DNA of 64,000 nucleotides. It comes from an uncultured Alphaproteobacteria bacterium (GTDB lineage: Bacteria > Pseudomonadota > Alphaproteobacteria > Rhodobacterales > Rhodobacteraceae). Positions 1-8,994 of this stretch are shown piece by piece (the stretch's first letter is position 1; the number at the start of each line of letters is the position of its first letter). The notes under the pieces are model-generated. The model was not told where the DNA came from. It worked only from the letters and a program-made list of their open reading frames with translations, and made no database searches. The DNA lies in assembly GCA_963708425.1 (NCBI GenBank), contig OY970206.1, forward strand, positions 1,841,208 to 1,905,207, written 5' to 3'. Made by a program: the position numbers and the translations under genes.

Positions 1-1
1 G

Positions 2-445
2 GTTACTGCGGCAAAACATGCCGAAGCACACGATTTCATCTTGACCCTGCAAGACCCGGAAGGGCGCAAAGGCTATGAAGCGCATGTTGGCGAACGCGGT
101 GTGAAGTTATCTGGCGGGCAGCGGCAGCGGGTTGGTTTGGCACGGGTCATCCTGAAAGACGCGCCGATCTTGATCTTGGATGAAGCGACGTCCGCGTTGG
201 ATTCAGAGGTTGAAGCCTCAATTCAGGCAACGCTTTACGGGGTGATGCAGGGCAAGACGGTTATCGCGATTGCGCACCGGTTATCGACAATCTCTGCAAT
301 GGACCGGATCATCGTGCTGGATGATGGCCGGGTCGTAGAAACTGGAAGTCATGCGGAATTGCTGGTGAAAAACGGGCTTTATGCCCGGTTCTGGGCGCGC
401 CAATCAGGTGGGTTCATCGGGGCAGAAGAGGACGCTGCAGAATGA
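2..445 (+). CDS. ABC transporter ATP-binding protein/permease, C-terminal NBD fragment (5' end outside the window)
   Basis: The frame is open from the window edge. The translation has the ABC signature LSGGQRQR, Walker [13 protein letters not shown] and H-loop AIAHRL. It closely parallels the C-terminus of the next gene. Its stop overlaps the next start (ATGA at 442-445). Confidence 0.9.
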   Translation, partial: VTAAKHAEAHDFILTLQDPEGRKGYEAHVGERGVKLSGGQRQRVGLARVILKDAPILILDEATSALDSEVEASIQATLYGVMQGKTVIAIAHRLSTISAMDRIIVLDDGRVVETGSHAELLVKNGLYARFWARQSGGFIGAEEDAAE

Positions 446-2292
446 AAACCCTGATGCGGCTCGGCGAGTTGATTGATGCGTTTCGCCCGGCGGACGGCCC
501 GCCGCCGCAAGAGTTGTGGCCGTTTATGGGGTGGGGCCTCAAAGGGTCTTGGCCAATGTTGTGGGTTTCCGGGATTATCTCGGCGGTCGCGGGGGCAAGC
601 GAGGTCGTCTCGGCGCTGATACTTGGTTGGGTGATTGATGCGGCTGTGGATTCGGGACCGACTTCATTCTTCTCTGACAATATGGCTTTGCTGCTGGGTT
701 TTGTCGTTTTCTACATTGTGCTGCGGCCGCTGGCGTTTGGTGTTTCTGCGGCGTCAAACAGCATTATCGTTGGGCCGAATGTCTTGCCGTTGGTGCTTAG
801 CCGTTTGCACCGCTGGACGCTTGGGCAGCCGGTTACGTTCTTTGACAACGATTTTGCCGGGCGGATTGCGCAAAAACAGATGCAGGCGGCGCGGGCGATG
901 ACCGATGTTGCGACAGAAGTGATCAACACGGTGTTCTTCGCACTGGCCTCGGTTATCGGGTCCGTGGTGTTTCTGGTGGCGGTCGATTTGCGGATTGCTT
1001 TGGCGCTGGCCGCCTGGCTGGTGGCCTATGTGTTGTTGATCAAGTTTTTCATGCCGCGCATCCGGGTGAATGCAGCGGCGCGTGCAAGTTCACGGGCCAT
1101 GGTGACCGGGCAAGTGGTGGATACGATCACCAATATCAAAACCGTCAAATTGTTTGCGCACGCCGCCTATGAAGACAAGGTCGCGCTAAAGGCTATGGAA
1201 GTTTTCCGGGATCGGTCGCTGGAGTTTGGCGTTATCTCAACGTGGTTCCGGCTGGCATTGATGACACTTGCGGGGGTGCTGCCAGTATTGTTGATCGGCG
1301 GCACGGTCGTTTTGTGGCAGCAAGGCAATGCTACGGCTGGGGCAATTGCCGCGTCTGGTGCGATTGCGATGCGCATTGCGCAGATGTCGGGCTGGGTCAG
1401 CTTTACCCTGATGTCGATCTATACCTCGATTGGCGAAGTTGAGGATGGAATGCGAACGCTGTCTGTGCCGCATAAACTTGCCGATGCGCCCGACGCAGTT
1501 GCGCTGCCGCGTGTGGGAGGGGAGATCAGGTTTGAGGAAGCATCTTTCGCGTACGGCCGCCAGCGGGGTGGTGTTGAGGAGGTAACGCTTACGGTGAAAG
1601 CGGGTGAAAAGCTGGGGATAGTGGGGGCTTCTGGGGCGGGAAAGTCATCGCTCGTGTCGTTGCTGCTTCGGCTTTATGACACCGAAAAGGGCCGTATCCT
1701 GATTGATGGCCACGACGTGCGGACAGTAACGCAGGAAAGTTTGCGTCGGCAGATTGGTATGGTCACACAGGAAACCGCCATGTTTAACCGGTCGGCGCGT
1801 GACAACATCCTTTACGGCAGGCCGGACGCCACCGAGGCAGAGGTTGTAGCCGCAGCGACTTCGGCCGAGGCGCATGAATTTATTGCCCAGATGGTCGATC
1901 ACAATGGGCGCAAGGGTTATGATGCGTTTCTTGGCGAGCGCGGCGTGAAGCTTTCGGGCGGGCAGCGGCAACGCATCGCTTTGGCGCGGGCGTTTCTTAA
2001 GGATGCACCAATTCTGGTACTGGATGAGGCGACCTCTGCATTGGACAGCGAAGTTGAGGCTTCGATCCAACAGGCGCTGGGCCGGGTGATGCAGGGCAAA
2101 ACGGTTTTGGCTATTGCGCACCGCCTTAGCACCATTTCGGCGATGGACCGGATTATCGTGATGGATCAAGGACGCATTCTGGAGCAGGGCACACACGCTG
2201 CCCTTCTGGCAATGAATGGGCTATACGCGCGCTATTGGAACCGGCAATCAGGCGGGTTTATTGGTGTAGAAGACAAGGAAGCGGCTGAGTGA
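442..2292 (+). CDS. ABC exporter, fused transmembrane domain plus ATPase (MsbA/type-I exporter-like half transporter)
   Basis: 616 aa. The N-terminal half is hydrophobic with about 6 TM segments. The C-terminal half has Walker [18 protein letters not shown] and Walker [13 protein letters not shown]. It is paralogous to the upstream fragment, so a heterodimeric pair is likely. Confidence 0.9.
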   Translation: MKTLMRLGELIDAFRPADGPPPQELWPFMGWGLKGSWPMLWVSGIISAVAGASEVVSALILGWVIDAAVDSGPTSFFSDNMALLLGFVVFYIVLRPLAFGVSAASNSIIVGPNVLPLVLSRLHRWTLGQPVTFFDNDFAGRIAQKQMQAARAMTDVATEVINTVFFALASVIGSVVFLVAVDLRIALALAAWLVAYVLLIKFFMPRIRVNAAARASSRAMVTGQVVDTITNIKTVKLFAHAAYEDKVALKAMEVFRDRSLEFGVISTWFRLALMTLAGVLPVLLIGGTVVLWQQGNATAGAIAASGAIAMRIAQMSGWVSFTLMSIYTSIGEVEDGMRTLSVPHKLADAPDAVALPRVGGEIRFEEASFAYGRQRGGVEEVTLTVKAGEKLGIVGASGAGKSSLVSLLLRLYDTEKGRILIDGHDVRTVTQESLRRQIGMVTQETAMFNRSARDNILYGRPDATEAEVVAAATSAEAHEFIAQMVDHNGRKGYDAFLGERGVKLSGGQRQRIALARAFLKDAPILVLDEATSALDSEVEASIQQALGRVMQGKTVLAIAHRLSTISAMDRIIVMDQGRILEQGTHAALLAMNGLYARYWNRQSGGFIGVEDKEAAE

Positions 2293-3512
2293 AGGTTGTT
2301 ATAGATCGGTTGGGGCACCACGGCGACGGTATTGCGGTGGGGCCAGAAGGGCCGATTTTCGTCAGCCAGATGCTGCCGGGCGAAGAGGTAGAGGGTGATC
2401 TTGCCGGGGACCGGCTGATCAACGCGCGGATCATAACACCGTCTGATCAACGGGTACGCGCCCCTTGTGCCCATGCCAAGACCTGTGGCGGATGTGTGAT
2501 GCAGCACGCCTCGGATAGGTTCGTGGCAGGGTGGAAGGTTGATATCGTTAGATCCGCCTTGGCCGGGCAAGGGTTGCAGGCCGATTTTCTGCCCATTATC
2601 ACCTCGCCACCCCGCAGTCGCAGGCGTGCGACAATTTCGGCGCGGCGCACCAAATCGGGCGCGCTTTTGGGGTTTCACGCGCGGGCGTCCGATATGCTGG
2701 TTGCGGTGCCGCAGTGCCAGCTGCTGCATCCTGATCTGGTAGCGGGCTTTCCGGCCCTGGAAGCCTTGGTGAAAACTGGCGGCTCGCGCAGTGGCGAGGT
2801 TTCTTTGACCATTACGAAATCGCTTGGCGGGCTTGATGTGTCTGTGACTGGCGGCAAGCCGATAGAGTCGGGCTTGGCAATGGAACTCGCGCGGGTGGTC
2901 GAGGCGTTTGGCCTGGCGAGGTTGACTTGGAATGGCGAAGGTGTGGCGCTACGCACGATGCCGATGCAGCGGTTTGGGCGGGCACTTGTGGCACCGCCGC
3001 CGGGTGCGTTCATGCAGGCAACCGCCGAAGGTGAGGCGGCACTGCTGGCAGCCGTGATTAATGCCGTTGGCGACGCACGTCGGATTGTTGATCTGTTTGC
3101 GGGCGCAGGCACGTTTGCCTTGCCCTTGACTGAACGGGCCGAAGTTCATGCTGTTGAGGCTGATGCCGCAATGGTTGGTGCGATGGAGAAGGGTTGGCGT
3201 CAAGCCGATGGTCTGCGTCGCCTAACGACCGAGGCGCGCGATTTGTTTCGCCGTCCGCTGGAGCCGGATGAGTTCAAAGGCTTTGATGCCGTGGTGATTG
3301 ACCCGCCGCGTGCAGGGGCCGAGGCGCAAATCGCCACATTAGCAAAGTCGGAGGTTCCGGTGATTGCATCGGTCAGCTGCAACCCGATTACCTTTGCCCG
3401 CGATGCAAAAGTGTTGGTGCAAGCGGGTTACCGAATGGCTGCGCTGCAAGTGGTTGATCAATTTCGTTGGTCATCGCATGTGGAACTTGTGGCCAAGTTT
3501 GAGCGCAGTTAG
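2289..3512 (+). CDS. Class I SAM-dependent RNA methyltransferase, RumA/TrmA (m5U) family
   Basis: It has the Cys cluster CAHAKTCGGC plus a later VPQCQ, matching the RumA-type 4Fe-4S pattern. It also has the SAM motif DLFAGAGTFALP, the DPPRAG motif and the catalytic-Cys region SVSCNPITFARD. The GTG start overlaps the upstream stop (GTGA). Confidence 0.85.
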   Translation: MKVVIDRLGHHGDGIAVGPEGPIFVSQMLPGEEVEGDLAGDRLINARIITPSDQRVRAPCAHAKTCGGCVMQHASDRFVAGWKVDIVRSALAGQGLQADFLPIITSPPRSRRRATISARRTKSGALLGFHARASDMLVAVPQCQLLHPDLVAGFPALEALVKTGGSRSGEVSLTITKSLGGLDVSVTGGKPIESGLAMELARVVEAFGLARLTWNGEGVALRTMPMQRFGRALVAPPPGAFMQATAEGEAALLAAVINAVGDARRIVDLFAGAGTFALPLTERAEVHAVEADAAMVGAMEKGWRQADGLRRLTTEARDLFRRPLEPDEFKGFDAVVIDPPRAGAEAQIATLAKSEVPVIASVSCNPITFARDAKVLVQAGYRMAALQVVDQFRWSSHVELVAKFERS

Positions 3513-3614
3513 GCCCTTGCGATGACGATACCGTGAAAAGCTGGTGAAAACTCAATCTAGGCAGAACGTCAGATATTCGCTAAGTCTTTGGGAAAAACAC
3601 AAAGCGGGCGAAAA

Positions 3615-4109
3615 ATGTGGGCAGTGCGACTATTCGTGATCTTGGCGTTGGCGCTGGGCCTTTCGGGGTGCGGTTCGAAGTTCTTGCGCTACAACGGCCC
3701 AGAAGTGACGTCCGTTCAGGTGCACAAGTCGGCACGGAAGATGTATCTTCTGCACCATGGTCAGGTGCTGGAAAGCTATGACATCGCCCTTGGGTTTGCT
3801 CCGGTCGGGCACAAGCAGTTCGAAGGCGACGGTAAGACGCCGGAGGGCACCTACATAATTGATCGGCGCAATCCGAAGTCTGAATATCACCTGTCATTGG
3901 GTGTTTCGTACCCAAATATCGCCGATAGGGAATTCGCTGCCCTGATGGAGAAACAGCCGGGAGGCGATATTTTCATCCACGGCCATTCGTACTATCGCGG
4001 CAAGAACAAGGGCGACTGGACGGCAGGCTGTATTGCCGTCAGGGACCGCGAGGTCGAAGTGATCTATTCGATGATCAAGCCCGGCACCGTTATTCACATA
4101 TTGCCGTGA
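3615..4109 (+). CDS. L,D-transpeptidase (YkuD-domain) lipoprotein
   Basis: The signal peptide carries the lipobox LSGC (MWAVRLFVILALALGLSGC). The YkuD catalytic region is IFIHGHS...WTAGCIAV. The ORF-track start 3588 is the upstream alternative. Confidence 0.8.
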   Translation: MWAVRLFVILALALGLSGCGSKFLRYNGPEVTSVQVHKSARKMYLLHHGQVLESYDIALGFAPVGHKQFEGDGKTPEGTYIIDRRNPKSEYHLSLGVSYPNIADREFAALMEKQPGGDIFIHGHSYYRGKNKGDWTAGCIAVRDREVEVIYSMIKPGTVIHILP

Positions 4110-4121
4110 CCGAACGATAAC

Positions 4122-4634
4122 TTAGCCCCCGGTTACCAGCGTCCACCAGATTTTGCCGTTTGATTCCTGGAACCACGCAAAACCCAGTTCCCGCGCGGTC
4201 GGGTCCATGATGACATCGCGGGTATCTGGTTGGGCCATCCAGGCAGACAGCGTTTCAAGCTCGGTCTCGTAGGTTTCCGAGATCAGCTCGCCAACTAGGC
4301 GGCCCGTATATCCGACGCGTTGCACGCGTGCCAAAGGCGATGATCCGTCAGATCCGAAATGCCACGGACGGTTCTGCACCGACATATCACGTGAATGGGT
4401 GGCTGCCGCTGCGTTCAGCTGCGCGCTGAAGGCAAGTGGTGTCAGGCGTTTCGCCGCTCGCAACGAGTTCACGGAATCAAGCAGACGAAACGGGATCTTG
4501 GCCTCCGTATCTGCATTGATCCGGTAAACCTGCGGCAATGGTCTGCCGTCCGGGCTGTTTTGCGTTTCAGGCGCTGGCGCGCAGGCGGCCAAAGCGGCCA
4601 TACCGCTAAGCATCAGGATCATACGTCTGTTCAT
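4122..4634 (-). CDS. CAP/SCP (PR-1-like) domain lipoprotein
   Basis: The N-terminus MNRRMILMLSGMAALAAC is lipobox-like. The body resembles the bacterial CAP domain (LNAAAATHSRDM, WHFGSDG, GELI, ELGFAW). Confidence 0.7.
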   Translation of the reverse strand: MNRRMILMLSGMAALAACAPAPETQNSPDGRPLPQVYRINADTEAKIPFRLLDSVNSLRAAKRLTPLAFSAQLNAAAATHSRDMSVQNRPWHFGSDGSSPLARVQRVGYTGRLVGELISETYETELETLSAWMAQPDTRDVIMDPTARELGFAWFQESNGKIWWTLVTGG

Positions 4635-4822
4635 GGTCGTGCCCTCGTTCTGGACTGCAATTTGAACATCGCGCCCGGATTTTCTACACCGTCCTTACAG
4701 AAAGCCGTGGCGGTGTTCAAACCCAACTCTGCGTCTCTTTGCCGAATGACATTGGTTTGATTTGCGGTTTTCCGCCTTTGGGGCTAGTTAGACGCGAAAT
4801 TACGTGTCGAAGGAGAAAACAC

Positions 4823-5422
4823 ATGAGCACCGATAGCCCGATCAAGTTTGATCGTCGCGCCTTGCTTGGCGGTGCAGCTGTGGCCCTTGGGTCTATTGCG
4901 ATGCCTGCGCTGGCGCAAGTTGGGACGACCGAGTTTGAGGCCCCTCAAGGCCCGATTCGCAACAACATTTCCAGCTTCCGGATGCTGGATTGGCGCCCCT
5001 ACTTCTCGGATACCCGGAAGGGTGCCATTCTGGTTGATATAACCTCGCGCGCGCTTCACTACTGGTCGGAAGATCAGGCAACCTACAAGCTGTATCCAAC
5101 GTCGGTGCCTTTGTCGGAAGACCTGACGCGCCGTGGCCGCACACAAGTTGTGGACAAAGTCGTCAATCCGTCGTGGAGGCCAACCCCGGCTATGCGCGAA
5201 CGCAACCCTGAATGGCCAGAAGTTGTAGAGGGGGGGTCACCTGATAACCCGTTGGGTGTACGCGCCCTTTACCTGTCGTGGACGTATTACCGAATCCACG
5301 GAACGCACGACACGCGCAAGATCGGACGCCGCTCGTCGAACGGTTGTGTCGGCCTTTACAACGAGCACATCTTGGAGCTCTTCGAGATGGCGCAAGTTGG
5401 CACGCAGGTGTTGCTGATCTGA
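4823..5422 (+). CDS. L,D-transpeptidase (YkuD domain), Tat/Sec-exported
   Basis: SD AGGAG at 4811-4815 precedes ATG 4823. The N-terminus is twin-arginine-like (FDRRALLGGAAVALGSIAMPALA). The YkuD motif is YRIHGTHD...SSNGCVGL. Confidence 0.8.
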   Translation: MSTDSPIKFDRRALLGGAAVALGSIAMPALAQVGTTEFEAPQGPIRNNISSFRMLDWRPYFSDTRKGAILVDITSRALHYWSEDQATYKLYPTSVPLSEDLTRRGRTQVVDKVVNPSWRPTPAMRERNPEWPEVVEGGSPDNPLGVRALYLSWTYYRIHGTHDTRKIGRRSSNGCVGLYNEHILELFEMAQVGTQVLLI

Positions 5423-5452
5423 GTTTTCCATTTTTTGGCAAAAAATATAAGG

Positions 5453-5480
5453 CGCGCCAGGATGCTTTGGCGCGTTTTTT
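5453..5480 (+). terminator. Rho-independent terminator after the L,D-transpeptidase gene
   Basis: Stem CGCGCCA (5453-5459) pairs with TGGCGCG (5468-5474), followed by TTTTTT (5475-5480). Confidence 0.6.
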
Positions 5481-5681
5481 CTATGGCGGGGCGCATATTT
5501 GCAGGAAAATCGCGATCTAGTGTTGCTAAATTGACGCCACGATGGTGAAGCGAGTTTTGCCCCAATAAGTCGGATTGCAAAAAGTTGACCAAACTGATTA
5601 GAAGTCAGTTACGAGGATTTGACTTGGGTGTGCGATATCGCCTCTGAAATACCAGATATCGCGCGATAAATGGAGAATACT

Positions 5682-5864
5682 ATGAAAAAGTTCGTACTTG
5701 CTGCCGCTCTGTCGGTTGCTGCTACCACCACTTTCGCTGGCGGCCTTGAAGAGCCAGTAATGGAACCGGCAGTCGTTGCTGAGGAGACTTCGTCTTCCTC
5801 CGCTGGCATCATTGTTCCGCTGCTGCTTCTGCTCGTGATTGCAGCAGCTGCTTCGTCGAACTGA
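5682..5864 (+). CDS. Small (60 aa) exported protein with a C-terminal hydrophobic anchor; unknown function
   Basis: SD GGAGA at 5672-5676 precedes ATG 5682. The signal peptide is MKKFVLAAALSVAATTTFA. It is followed by an acidic, Ser-rich linker and the C-terminal hydrophobic segment GIIVPLLLLLVIAAAA. A strong terminator follows. Confidence 0.5.
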   Translation: MKKFVLAAALSVAATTTFAGGLEEPVMEPAVVAEETSSSSAGIIVPLLLLLVIAAAASSN

Positions 5865-5882
5865 TCTTCGGATCATTTCATT

Positions 5883-5915
5883 AAAAAGACGGCAGCCTGT
5901 CTGCCGTCTTTTTTG
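5883..5915. terminator. Bidirectional rho-independent terminator between the small ORF and hemH
   Basis: AAAAA, then stem GACGGCAG (5888-5895), loop CCTGT, stem CTGCCGTC (5901-5908), then TTTTTT. The A-run and T-run flank an 8-bp GC-rich stem between convergent genes. Confidence 0.75.
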
Positions 5916-5925
5916 TTTTAAGGGC

Positions 5926-7065
5926 CTATCTTGCCAACCAGCCCGAAAGATTGTCCTCTATTATCGCGACCAAAGCTGCGATATGCGAATCGTCGTCGTT
6001 CAGGCAGGGAATGTAGGTAAAGCTTTCGCCGCCAGCGTGTTCGAACGCCTCGCGAATCTCACCATTGATTTCTTCAAGCGTTTCAATGCAATCGGCAGAA
6101 AACGCGGGCGCAATAACGGCGATTTTCTTCTTTCCCGCCGTCGCCAGTTCGGCCACATGTTTCACCGTGTAGGGCTTCAGCCATTCTTCGGGGCCAAACA
6201 CTGATTGGAACGTGGTGTCGATCGCCTCTTTTGGCCAACCAAGCCGTTCACGCAGCAGGCGCGATGTTTTGGCGCAGTGGCAATGATAGGGGTCCCCCAA
6301 CATCAGATAGCGCTTTGGCATCCCGTGATAGGATGCAACTAGAACGTCCGGCTTGTGATCAAGCGCTGCATAAGCCCGTTCAACCGATTGTGCCAAGGCA
6401 TCAATATACATTGGGTGATCGAAGTATTCCGGAACAGTGCGAGATGCGGGCTGCCGCTTTTCTTTCATCAAAGCGCGAAAAAACTGGTCGTTTGCCGTTG
6501 CGACCGTCGCCCCGGCGTAGTGCGGATAGAGCGGAAAAAAGAGTACCTTCTCGCACCCGGCAGCCACCATCGCGCTAACCTTCGAATCGGTAGACGGATT
6601 GCCATAGCGCATGCAGAAATCGACAACCACCTCGGGCCCATGCCGATCGGCCATTGCTGCTGCGATCTTGGCAGTTTGATGCTTGGTGATTGTCATCAAG
6701 GGGCTTTCACCCTTTTCTTGGTTCCAGATCAGCTTGTAATTCGCACCCGAACTGAACGGGCGCTTGGTTAGGATGATCAGTTGCAGCAGCGGTTGCCACT
6801 TCCAACTGGCATAATCTATCACGCGTTTGTCAGACAGGAACTCATTCAGATAGCGGCGCATGGACCAGTAATCGTAGTTGTCTGGGGTGCCGAGGTTTGC
6901 CAGTAGAATCCCAATCTTTGCGGGGCGTACATCTGGATGGTCGGCTGGCGCGTGCGTTAGGCGCCCTTCGCCTGCTGCAACTGTCGCCGTGGAGGCGGCA
7001 GTCGGGGGGGATGCCCGGCCCGGCTTGTCGTCTAACATCGCGTTGGTCCTATCGTTCCTGCGCAT
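5926..7065 (-). CDS. hemH: Ferrochelatase
   Basis: Characteristic ferrochelatase blocks are present: IGILLANLGTPD, MRYGNPS, LFFPLYPHYAGATV, SYHGMP and APAFSADCIETLEEI. The long Ala/Pro-rich N-terminus means the true start may be the internal Met at 7038. Confidence 0.9.
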   Translation of the reverse strand: MRRNDRTNAMLDDKPGRASPPTAASTATVAAGEGRLTHAPADHPDVRPAKIGILLANLGTPDNYDYWSMRRYLNEFLSDKRVIDYASWKWQPLLQLIILTKRPFSSGANYKLIWNQEKGESPLMTITKHQTAKIAAAMADRHGPEVVVDFCMRYGNPSTDSKVSAMVAAGCEKVLFFPLYPHYAGATVATANDQFFRALMKEKRQPASRTVPEYFDHPMYIDALAQSVERAYAALDHKPDVLVASYHGMPKRYLMLGDPYHCHCAKTSRLLRERLGWPKEAIDTTFQSVFGPEEWLKPYTVKHVAELATAGKKKIAVIAPAFSADCIETLEEINGEIREAFEHAGGESFTYIPCLNDDDSHIAALVAIIEDNLSGWLAR

Positions 7066-7096
7066 TCAACTCGACATAACGGCATTCGCGGCCGGG

Positions 7097-7933
7097 TCAA
7101 CTGTCGCCGGGACTGCGTGGCAGCGGCTTTTCATCGGTGCCAAGTTGATCGGCAAGCCGGCGGGTAGCTGATCCGGGGCGAAGCGGCTTTTGCTGGCTGT
7201 CAGCCGGAGCCCAGCCGGTTAGGCAGATAATCTCAAAAGTTGCTGAAACGCGGCCGTCGCCGCCAGCAAAGGTGTCTTGGTAGATTTGCGCTGCTTTGGT
7301 GAAAACGGCTCGTCGCGTTGGGTGACGAAGGCGTTGATGCAGGGCGTTACCCTCGCCCATGGCGCGCAAATCTGCCATCAGATGAAACGCGTCGCGGTAG
7401 CGGACATTGCGGATCAGGCTATCGGCAACCGGCAGGGCAAAACCCGCTCGTTGCAAAAGCCCACCAAGATCGCGAATTTCGCCCATCGGCAGAATGCGCG
7501 GGGATAAGCCGCCCGAAATTTGTGCCTCGGCTTCAGCCATCGCACTCCGCAACTCTGCTAGCGTTTGCCCGCCAAACATCAGCCCGAGGAACAGCCCATC
7601 TGGTTTTAGGGCGCGGCGGCATTGCACCAATTGGCCAACGGGATCATTGGCCCAGTGTAGCGCCATCGCGTGAATAATAAGATCGTGGGTATCTGTCGTC
7701 AGGTCTAACACGTCGGTATCCGCAACAAGGCGTGCCTTTGGCATCACGCCGCGCCACAAATCGGGAAAAGGCGTTACAACGGCGGGCGACGTAAACGATC
7801 TGTTAACCTCAATCAGTCTTTCTTGAACCTCAAGTGCGGCCTCATCGTGCAGGAACAATGCCGGTGCAAGCAAGGCGCGGGCGCGGTTGCGATCTAGGGC
7901 CGGTCGGTCTGTCAGTAGTGGTGCGGTCTGCAT
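7097..7933 (-). CDS. NDUFAF5-like methyltransferase-fold protein (annotated generically as SAM-dependent methyltransferase)
   Basis: Blocks match my recollection of mitochondrial NDUFAF5: DLIIHAMALHWANDP, LKPDGLFLGLMFGGQTLAELR, GGLSPRILPM, DLGGLLQRAGF, MADLRAMGEGN and FEIICLTGWA. The start was chosen at MQTAPLL. The ORF-track start 7975 would overlap comF. Confidence 0.7.
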   Translation of the reverse strand: MQTAPLLTDRPALDRNRARALLAPALFLHDEAALEVQERLIEVNRSFTSPAVVTPFPDLWRGVMPKARLVADTDVLDLTTDTHDLIIHAMALHWANDPVGQLVQCRRALKPDGLFLGLMFGGQTLAELRSAMAEAEAQISGGLSPRILPMGEIRDLGGLLQRAGFALPVADSLIRNVRYRDAFHLMADLRAMGEGNALHQRLRHPTRRAVFTKAAQIYQDTFAGGDGRVSATFEIICLTGWAPADSQQKPLRPGSATRRLADQLGTDEKPLPRSPGDS

Positions 7934-7956
7934 GGCGCGGACCATAAGCGGGACAA

Positions 7957-8679
7957 ATGGGATTGCAAGGCGCACTTCACCTGATCTATCCGCCGCAGTG
8001 CATCAGCTGCGATGCGCTAGTGACCACAGATTTTGGGCTTTGCGGGGCGTGCTGGCGAGAGACGCCATTCGTTACGGGTTTGGTCTGCGATCAATGCGGC
8101 GTGCCATTGCCGGGCGAAGACCCCGGCCATTCTGTTCATTGCGATGATTGCCTGACAATAGCGCGGCCATGGTCACAAGGGCGGGCAGCGCTTTTGTACC
8201 GCGACAACGCCCGCCGAATTGTACTTTCATTGAAACACGGCGACCGGCTTGATTTGGCTCGTCCGGCGGGGGCATGGCTGATGCGCGCCGCAGAGCCGAT
8301 GTTGCAGCCGGGCATGGTTGTCGCTCCGATCCCGCTGCATTGGATGCGGCTGCTCAAACGGCGCTACAATCAGGCGGCGCTGTTATCAGGTGCGTTGGCG
8401 CGGTTGGCCAGCCTTGCACACTGCCCTGATCTGTTGGTTCGGCGGCGCAGTACTGGCAGCCAGGAAGGCCGTGATCGCGACGGGCGCTTTCGCAATATGA
8501 ATGATGCGATTGCAGTCCATCCTAGCCGTACCAAGTATATCGAAGGGCATCATGCGCTTCTGGTTGATGATGTAATGACATCAGGCGCAACGCTTGCCGC
8601 CGCCGCGGAGGCTTGCATTGCAGCAGGCGCAAAGGCGGTTTCTGTTCTGGTTCTGGCACGCGTTGCGAAGGACGCCTAA
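7957..8679 (+). CDS. comF: ComF family protein (phosphoribosyltransferase domain with N-terminal zinc ribbon)
   Basis: The N-terminus has Cys pairs CISC, CGAC, CDQCG and CDDC. The C-terminus has the PRTase motif LLVDDVMTSGATL. Confidence 0.85.
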   Translation: MGLQGALHLIYPPQCISCDALVTTDFGLCGACWRETPFVTGLVCDQCGVPLPGEDPGHSVHCDDCLTIARPWSQGRAALLYRDNARRIVLSLKHGDRLDLARPAGAWLMRAAEPMLQPGMVVAPIPLHWMRLLKRRYNQAALLSGALARLASLAHCPDLLVRRRSTGSQEGRDRDGRFRNMNDAIAVHPSRTKYIEGHHALLVDDVMTSGATLAAAAEACIAAGAKAVSVLVLARVAKDA

Positions 8680-8730
8680 ATACCTATAGTCACGCGCAAG
8701 CAAGTGCGTGTCGGTCAGGAAAAATCGTTC

Positions 8731-8988
8731 ATGAAACCAGTAGAGATTTATACAACCCCAAGCTGCCCTTATTGCTATGCTGCCAAGCGGCTGCTGGCGA
8801 AAAAGGGCGCATCCTACACCGAGATTGATGTCAGCCGTGACCCAACCATGCGGCTGGCGATGACCAACCGCGCGAAAGGTGCGCGCACGGTGCCGCAGAT
8901 ATTCATTGGTGCCACGTATGTTGGCGGATCGGATGATCTGCACGAGCTGGATCACGCGGGCAAACTTGACGCCTTACTGGCAGGGTAG
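8731..8988 (+). CDS. grxC: Glutaredoxin 3
   Basis: 85 aa with the active site CPYC and the TVPQIFI and GGSDDL motifs. ATG 8731 was chosen inside the longer track ORF (8704). Confidence 0.9.
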   Translation: MKPVEIYTTPSCPYCYAAKRLLAKKGASYTEIDVSRDPTMRLAMTNRAKGARTVPQIFIGATYVGGSDDLHELDHAGKLDALLAG

Positions 8989-8994
8989 GCCGTT

